Source: Acidobacteriota bacterium
GTDB taxonomy: Bacteria > Acidobacteriota > Thermoanaerobaculia > Gp7-AA8
Assembly (NCBI GenBank): GCA_016184115.1
Contig: JACPDH010000038.1
Span: 14,053 to 78,052, forward strand
Length of the DNA stretch: 64,000 nt
Reading direction: 5' to 3'
Shown here: piece by piece, positions 59,095-64,000 of the stretch
Layout of the letters: the number at the start of each line of letters is the position of its first letter
Numbering within the stretch: position 1 is the stretch's first letter
Program-made: the position numbers and the translations under genes
Notes under the pieces: model-generated
Databases searched by the model: none
The model's input: the letters and a program-made list of their open reading frames with translations, nothing else
Told to the model about the DNA's origin: nothing

Positions 59095-60351
59095 CTATTC
59101 GTATCTCAGTGTCGCCGCGGGGTCGATCGCTGCGGCGCGCCGTGCCGGGAAATAACCAGCGACGATGCCGATCAAGCCGAGGATCGCCGACGTTGCAACG
59201 CCGATCTGCCACGAAAGCGTTGGCTTTCCAAGGAAACCGAGCACCTGGTTACTCTCGACGGGAAGGAAGCTCGCGGCCGTGACGAGCAGCGTTGCGATGA
59301 CGATCCCGAGGAAGCCGCCGACGAGGGTGTAGATGAGCCCCTCGAGGAGAAACGGCCCGACGATCCAGTTCGCGCGTGCGCCGAGAGCCATCTTCACTCC
59401 AATCTCGCGCGTCCGCTCCTTGACCACCGCGTACATGATGTTCGCCACGCCGACGCCGCCGATCAGCAGTGTTAGGGCGCCGATGATGCCGAGGAAGAGC
59501 TGGATGCCAAACGTGATGTTGCGGGTGATCTCGGAGCTCTTCACGGTATCCCAGATCCCGAATGCCTGCTCGTCGGTCGGGTCGTACCCGAGTTTCGGCC
59601 CCAACAGTTCGTGCAGCGCGCTGAGCGTGGGTTTCATCGCCTCGGGGGTCTTCGACTGAATCAGCAGAACCCAGAGCCGGTCGCGTCCCCACTGCGCACG
59701 AAACGTGGTGATGGGGATGACGGCGTGATTTTTGTCGGGACCTCCGTACGCGCCCATCTGGATCTTCTTCTGCATTACACCGATCACGGTGTAGGGCAGG
59801 TTGTTGATCAGGATGGTCTTGCCGACGGGGTCCTCCTCGGCGAAGAGGTCGGTCGCCATTTCGTCGCCGAGGAAGACGACGCGGCGCTTCTCGCGCTCGT
59901 CGACCGGGCCGAAGAAGCGGCCGCCCGCGACGGGGTAGTGCTTGCGGATCTCGCCGTACTCCCAGTTGGTGCCGGTGACGCGGCCGTTGATCGTCTTGCG
60001 GCCGTAGGTGAGCTGTGTGCGCCACGACGTGATCTCGCCGATCACCGCGGCGGCTTCGGGCAGGCGATCGCGAAGCCACTGCACGTCGTCGATCGTCGGG
60101 CGGACGGGGCGTCCGATCGAGAGCCCTTTGTAGTTCTTCGACGTCTCGCCGGGCCAGAGGATCGCGATGTTCTCGCCCATCGCGCGGCGATTCTTGTCGA
60201 GCTGGAGCTTCAGCCCTTCGCCGAATGCGAGCAGCAGCAGAATCGCGACGGTGCCCCAGGCAATCGCGGCGATCGTCAGGTACGCGCGTTTGCGTTGAAT
60301 CTGCGCCGAGCTGGCGAAGAGGGTGAGGATGACGGTGGCTGAGTGTCTCAT
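59095..60351 (-). CDS. ABC transporter permease, FtsX-like (MacB/LolCE family)
   Basis: N-terminal TM then a periplasmic MacB-PCD-like domain, then 3 TM FtsX domain (IMYAVVKERTREIGVKMALGA). Confidence 0.85.
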   Translation of the reverse strand: MRHSATVILTLFASSAQIQRKRAYLTIAAIAWGTVAILLLLAFGEGLKLQLDKNRRAMGENIAILWPGETSKNYKGLSIGRPVRPTIDDVQWLRDRLPEAAAVIGEITSWRTQLTYGRKTINGRVTGTNWEYGEIRKHYPVAGGRFFGPVDEREKRRVVFLGDEMATDLFAEEDPVGKTILINNLPYTVIGVMQKKIQMGAYGGPDKNHAVIPITTFRAQWGRDRLWVLLIQSKTPEAMKPTLSALHELLGPKLGYDPTDEQAFGIWDTVKSSEITRNITFGIQLFLGIIGALTLLIGGVGVANIMYAVVKERTREIGVKMALGARANWIVGPFLLEGLIYTLVGGFLGIVIATLLVTAASFLPVESNQVLGFLGKPTLSWQIGVATSAILGLIGIVAGYFPARRAAAIDPAATLRYE

Positions 60352-60360
60352 GACAGTTCA

Positions 60361-60514
60361 GTAGTGCTGCGTGCCGGTGAGCCAGTGCTGAGTGCTGAGT
60401 GCTGAGTGCTGAGTAGGGAAGCGGCGTGACGCGCATTCGCGTCCACTTCAGTCGAGAGTCTCGGGCTTTCAATCATCTCGGTAGCTCCCGCCTTCACTCA
60501 GCACGCAGCACTAC
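60361..60514. repeat. intergenic element between the two FtsX genes: 14-bp terminal inverted repeats GTAGTGCTGCGTGC / GCACGCAGCACTAC enclosing (TGAGTGC)x4 heptamer array (= CACTCAG family on the gene strand)
   Basis: Read directly. Heptamer array at 60385..60415. The right TIR overlaps the stop codon of the upstream FtsX gene. Confidence 0.8.
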
Positions 60515-61731
60515 AGCTTCATCGCCACAACCGGATCGAGTCGCGACGCCTCGCGCGCGGGGAAGTAGCCGGCGACGAGGCCGACGATTCCGAGGGCGGA
60601 GGCGGTCAGGAGTGCGACGAGCGGCGAGACGCGGGGCATACCGACGAACTCGACCGCCTGCTCCGGGAAGAAGGCGCAAATCGTGATCGAGATCGCGAAG
60701 CCGATCGCACCGCCGATGCCGGTGACGATCATCGTTTCGATCAGGAACTGCGTCATGATCGACTTCTGCCGCGCGCCTAGGGCCATCTTGATGCCAATCT
60801 CGCGGGTGCGCTCCTCGACGACGACGTTCATGATGTTCGACACGCCGATCCCGCCAACGATCAGCGTCAGGCAGCCGATGATGCCGAGGAACGTGTTGAA
60901 GCTGAGCATGAAGAGGTCGAAGAACTTGAACTGCTCGGTCGTGTCCCAGAACGAGAGTGCTTCCTTGTCTTCGGGGGAGAAGCGCTGCCTCTCCGACATC
61001 GCCGCGCGGAGCGAATCCATCACGATTTTCGAATCGGTGCCGCGGACCGGCTGCGCGATGAAGTTGTCGACGTACTTCTCTCCCGTCAGTGCCCTGTAGG
61101 TCGTCGACGGGATCATCATCTTCGAGTGATCGCGTCCCGAGTAGGACGAATCCTGCGACTTTTCTTTCAGCACGCCGACGATCTGGAACGGCGAGCCGTT
61201 CACGAGCACCAATTTGCCGATCGCGTCGTCCTCGCCGAAGAGATCCTTCTTCAGCTGGTTGCCGATGAAGGCCGTTCTGCGGTTGTGCTCCATGTCGAGA
61301 TCGTTGATGAAACGGCCGCCCCAGTCGGGGATCATGTTGCGCATCTCGCCGAACACCGGGGAAACGCCGGAGATGTCGACCGCCATCGTCTTCGTGCCGT
61401 AGACGATGCGCATGTTGTTCGAATACTCACTCGAGATTGCGCGCAGCCCTTTCGTCTCGAGGCGCGCGTGATCGATATCTTCTTCGCTCAGCCTGATCCG
61501 CCTTCCCTTGCCGAGCCCTTCGTACGGCATCGACGTGAGACCGGGCCAGCCGATGATGATCCGGTCACCGAGCCCCGCGGTGTTTTTGATCATCTGCTTG
61601 TGCATTCCGGTGCCGAATGCGAGGAGAAGGCTGATCGCCACCGTTCCCCAGACGATCCCGAAGACCGTGAGGAATGTGCGCAGCTTCTGGCTCCGCATAT
61701 CGCGGCCGACCTGGCGGAAAACGTCTTTCAC
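60511..61731 (-). CDS. ABC transporter permease, FtsX-like (second copy)
   Basis: MKDVFRQVGRDMRSQKLRTFLTVFGIVWGTVAISLLLAFG. FtsX block IMNVVVEERTREIGIKMALGA. Overlaps the upstream MFP gene by 4 nt. Confidence 0.85.
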   Translation of the reverse strand: MKDVFRQVGRDMRSQKLRTFLTVFGIVWGTVAISLLLAFGTGMHKQMIKNTAGLGDRIIIGWPGLTSMPYEGLGKGRRIRLSEEDIDHARLETKGLRAISSEYSNNMRIVYGTKTMAVDISGVSPVFGEMRNMIPDWGGRFINDLDMEHNRRTAFIGNQLKKDLFGEDDAIGKLVLVNGSPFQIVGVLKEKSQDSSYSGRDHSKMMIPSTTYRALTGEKYVDNFIAQPVRGTDSKIVMDSLRAAMSERQRFSPEDKEALSFWDTTEQFKFFDLFMLSFNTFLGIIGCLTLIVGGIGVSNIMNVVVEERTREIGIKMALGARQKSIMTQFLIETMIVTGIGGAIGFAISITICAFFPEQAVEFVGMPRVSPLVALLTASALGIVGLVAGYFPAREASRLDPVVAMKL

Positions 61732-62831
61732 GAGATTTCCTTCGGCGGGCGCTCGACGACTTTTTCGCCCTTCTTGAGTCCGCTGGTGATCTCGACGTTC
61801 ATCCCGTCGGAGATGCCGGTCTTGATCTCGACTTTCTTCGGCTCGTCCTTCGGGTTCGCGCCCGGAATCTCGACGGTCGCCTTCTTGCCGCCGTCAGAGA
61901 ACGTAACGAGCCGCTCCGGAAGTACGAGGATGTCTTTCTTCTCGCGGATGATGATGTCGGCGTTTGCCGAATAACCGGCGCGAAGGGTTGCGTTGCTCGT
62001 TTCTTCGAGCTCGATCTCGACGTCGAAGAGCGTCGCCCCTTCCTCCTGCTTCGCCTGAGGCGCGATGCGTGCAACGCGGCCGGTAACGACATCGCTCGGG
62101 AGGGCGCCGACCTTGATTCGCGTCGTCATTCCCGCGGAGAGCTTTCCTACGTCGATTTCGTCGACCGTACCCTTGAAGATGAGGTCTTCCATCATCGCGA
62201 TCGTCGCAAGCTCGGTGCCGGGCTGATATGACGTCAGCGGAACGACGGGATCGCCCGGGTCGACGAGTCGCGTGAGGATCGTTCCCGCTGCATTCGCGCG
62301 AATGATCGACTCCTGGCCGCCAGTTTCGGCAAGGCGTCCCTTGCGGGTGAGGTCTCGTTCCTGCTTCGCCTTGTTCAACGCGATCTTCGCGAGCTCGAAC
62401 GACTCGCGCTTCGAGTCGAGCTCCGATTTCGGCAGAACGCCAGATTTTGCGAGCTCGTCGGCGCGCTGGACTTCGAGCTTCGCCCTGTTGAACGACGCCT
62501 CGGCCGACTCGACACGCCGATCGACCTCGGTGAGCTCCTGCGGCGTCGGATCGGGTGCGATCTCGAAGAGCGGGTCGCCCGGCTTCACCGCGTCGCCAAC
62601 CTCGACGTACACCTTCTTCACGATGCCCGAGATCTTCGACTTGACCTCGAACTTCAGGCGCGGTTGGATCTGCCCCACCGCGACTGCCTTTTCGGTGATC
62701 GAGCCAGCCGTCACCTCGATCTGCTTGAGACCGTTCTTGTCCTTGTCATTGCTGCGTGCCCAGGCGTAAAGCCCCGCGCTGCCACCGGCGAGCACGATGA
62801 GAATGATGAGGATCTTCGCGAGTTTGCCCAT
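61728..62831 (-). CDS. MacA/HlyD-family periplasmic adaptor (membrane fusion protein) of the ABC efflux system
   Basis: ATG 62831 with AGGAGA upstream. Anchor KILIILIVLAGGSAGLYAW. Coiled-coil hairpin and lipoyl motifs. The upstream 124 codons of the track ORF are arginine-rich and rejected. Confidence 0.8.
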   Translation of the reverse strand: MGKLAKILIILIVLAGGSAGLYAWARSNDKDKNGLKQIEVTAGSITEKAVAVGQIQPRLKFEVKSKISGIVKKVYVEVGDAVKPGDPLFEIAPDPTPQELTEVDRRVESAEASFNRAKLEVQRADELAKSGVLPKSELDSKRESFELAKIALNKAKQERDLTRKGRLAETGGQESIIRANAAGTILTRLVDPGDPVVPLTSYQPGTELATIAMMEDLIFKGTVDEIDVGKLSAGMTTRIKVGALPSDVVTGRVARIAPQAKQEEGATLFDVEIELEETSNATLRAGYSANADIIIREKKDILVLPERLVTFSDGGKKATVEIPGANPKDEPKKVEIKTGISDGMNVEITSGLKKGEKVVERPPKEIS

Positions 62832-63040
62832 CTGCGGTTTCTCCTGAATGGCTCCACGGCGACTCCACGCCTCAGAGCCGCTCCTGATCTTTCGGTACGA
62901 AGAGTGTCGGAAAAGGTTGCCAACGGAGCGGAAACCGCGCCGTCCCCGATATCTTGACGGCGGGAAGGGCTTCCGGTTAGCAGGGGTGGAACGCGGACGC
63001 GTGCATTCGCATTGACGTGCGGTGACGGGGCGGGGAGAGT

Positions 63041-63092
63041 CGGCCGCGGAAGCGGCCGCTTTCTGACTAGCCCCGCGCGCAAGCGCGGGGTC
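63041..63092 (-). repeat. inverted partial copy of the hairpin-containing repeat unit (CCCCGCGC-N4-GCGCGGGG core)
   Basis: cggccgcggaagcggccgctttctgactagccccgcgcgcaagcgcggggtc is a near reverse-complement of the unit at 63205..63282. Confidence 0.7.
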
Positions 63093-63204
63093 GAGCGATC
63101 CAACCGATCTTTGAGCCGCGGCGGCGGCGACCTCTAGTGCGTCGCGCGTAAGCGCGGCGCTCGCCGGCTCACGCCTCTGGCGCCGTTGACGCGGCGCGTT
63201 CAAA

Positions 63205-63361
63205 TTTTCTGCTTCTGAACCCCGCGCTTACGCGCGGGGCTAGTCAGACGCGGCCGCTTCCGTGGCCGGAAGGCACGCACCGATTTTCTGCTTCCGAACC
63301 CCGCGCATACGCGCGGGGCTAGTCAGACGCGGCCGCTTCCACGGCCGGAAGGCACGCACCG
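63205..63361 (+). repeat. two tandem ~79-bp direct repeats, each with hairpins CCCCGCGC-tTAC-GCGCGGGG and CTTCCG-TGGC-CGGAAG; 2 SNPs between copies; not a CRISPR array
   Basis: Read directly. Copy A 63205..63282, copy B 63284..63361. No variable spacers. Located in the divergent promoter region between the MacA-like operon and the 63420 membrane-protein gene. Confidence 0.85.
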
Positions 63362-63419
63362 AAGTCACAGTGCCGCCCCGTGTCATGGGGCAGAATCGAG
63401 TACGGCAAGGAGCCTTCAA

Positions 63420-63758
63420 ATGAACTTCCTCCGACTCGTTCCCGCGATCCTGAGCACTCTCGTCCTCGGTGCACATTTCTTCCGTGGCGGCAACCTCGTG
63501 GTGGTCGCCGCCGTGCTCGTATTGCTCATCCTTCTGATTGTGAGAAGACCCTGGGTGGCGTATGCGTACCAACTGCTGCTGCTCCTTGGGGCGATCGAAT
63601 GGCTGCGCACGCTCGTCGAGATCATGCGCCGTCGCCAGGCGATGGGAGAGCCATGGACGAGGATGGCAATTATCCTCGGCGCGGTCGCGGTTATCACGGC
63701 CGCATCCGCGCTCGTCTTCCGCATGAGGCCGCTGCGCGAACGCTATCAAACGCTCTGA
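63420..63758 (+). CDS. small hypothetical membrane protein (3 TM)
   Basis: ATG 63420 with AAGGAG 8 nt upstream. Hydrophobic segments LVPAILSTLVLGA, VVVAAVLVLLILLIV, MAIILGAVAVITAASALVF. Confidence 0.45.
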   Translation: MNFLRLVPAILSTLVLGAHFFRGGNLVVVAAVLVLLILLIVRRPWVAYAYQLLLLLGAIEWLRTLVEIMRRRQAMGEPWTRMAIILGAVAVITAASALVFRMRPLRERYQTL

Positions 63759-63776
63759 CGGAGACGATTCCCGCAT

Positions 63777-64000
63777 GCTCTACAAGCTCGTGATCATCGT
63801 TCACATCCTCGGTGCCGCGGTTCTCGTCGGCACGAACCTCGTCCTCCTGCTTTCGGTGATCCCGAAGGCGAAAAAGGAGAACGATCTCGGTGTCGTCCGG
63901 GGATTCCTTGGCGGTGTCGGGCAAATGGGTGTCCACGCGCTGGCCGTCCAGCTCATCACCGGACTTTGGCTCGCGTCGCCGCAGTTCAAGGGGATCAGCG
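63777..64000 (+). CDS. hypothetical membrane protein, 3-prime partial
   Basis: MLYKLVIIVHILGAAVLVGTNLVLLLSVIP... Open to the window end. Confidence 0.4.

Noticed and set aside
63201-63363. Possible CRISPR array (direct repeats with palindromic cores)
   Set aside because: There are only two near-identical 79-bp units with no unique spacers between them. The whole unit, including what would be the spacer, is duplicated. No cas genes are present in the window.
1-64000. tRNA, rRNA, transposase/integrase, toxin-antitoxin or classical defence-system genes
   Set aside because: No cloverleaf-like conserved tRNA segments, no rRNA-like low-GC conserved stretches, and no ORF with transposase, integrase, reverse-transcriptase or nuclease-ATPase hallmarks were seen. 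The only exception is the Uma2-family endonuclease-like gene, which is common and not by itself a defence system.

Overview
High-GC (roughly two-thirds G+C by eye) chromosomal segment from a diderm bacterium. The TIGR02999-like ECF sigma factor, sigma-54 activator, TolC/RND efflux genes, PilO/PilP-like modules and an Acidobacteria-style VWA protein suggest an Acidobacteria-like soil organism; this taxonomic placement is inference only. About 45 plausible genes sit on a background of many arginine-rich antisense ORFs that are GC artefacts. Content in order: two giant secreted Ig-like repeat proteins, the second with a large C-terminal beta-barrel-like domain, followed by an ECF sigma factor. 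Housekeeping genes are present (acnA, glnA, rpsA, lhgO). An archaeal-type gatD/gatE pair sits in this bacterial context. A glycosyltransferase / membrane-modification cluster (GT14, CPBP protease, GT-like, GT-C-like membrane proteins) is present. A signal-transduction block consists of a beta-propeller / 7TM / GAF / Ser-Thr kinase sensor followed on the same strand by an unknown 592-aa protein and a B12-binding radical SAM enzyme. Divergent from that block is a GAF-GAF sigma-54 activator, a candidate sigma-54 promoter, and a Nif11/NHLP-type leader-like short peptide translationally coupled to a TolC-MFP-RND efflux operon. A second efflux system (MacA-like MFP, two FtsX permeases, ABC ATPase) is also present. 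A DedA-rhodanese fusion gene carries an in-frame TGA followed by a hairpin; this is either a candidate selenoprotein or a pseudogene. Several repeat structures are unexplained by the genes: heptanucleotide tandem arrays arranged as inverted pairs, a (CACTCAG)n family at two loci immediately 5-prime of membrane-protein genes, palindromic arrays, and a 79-bp tandem duplication of hairpin elements. I recognised no tRNA, rRNA, CRISPR array, transposase or integrase.
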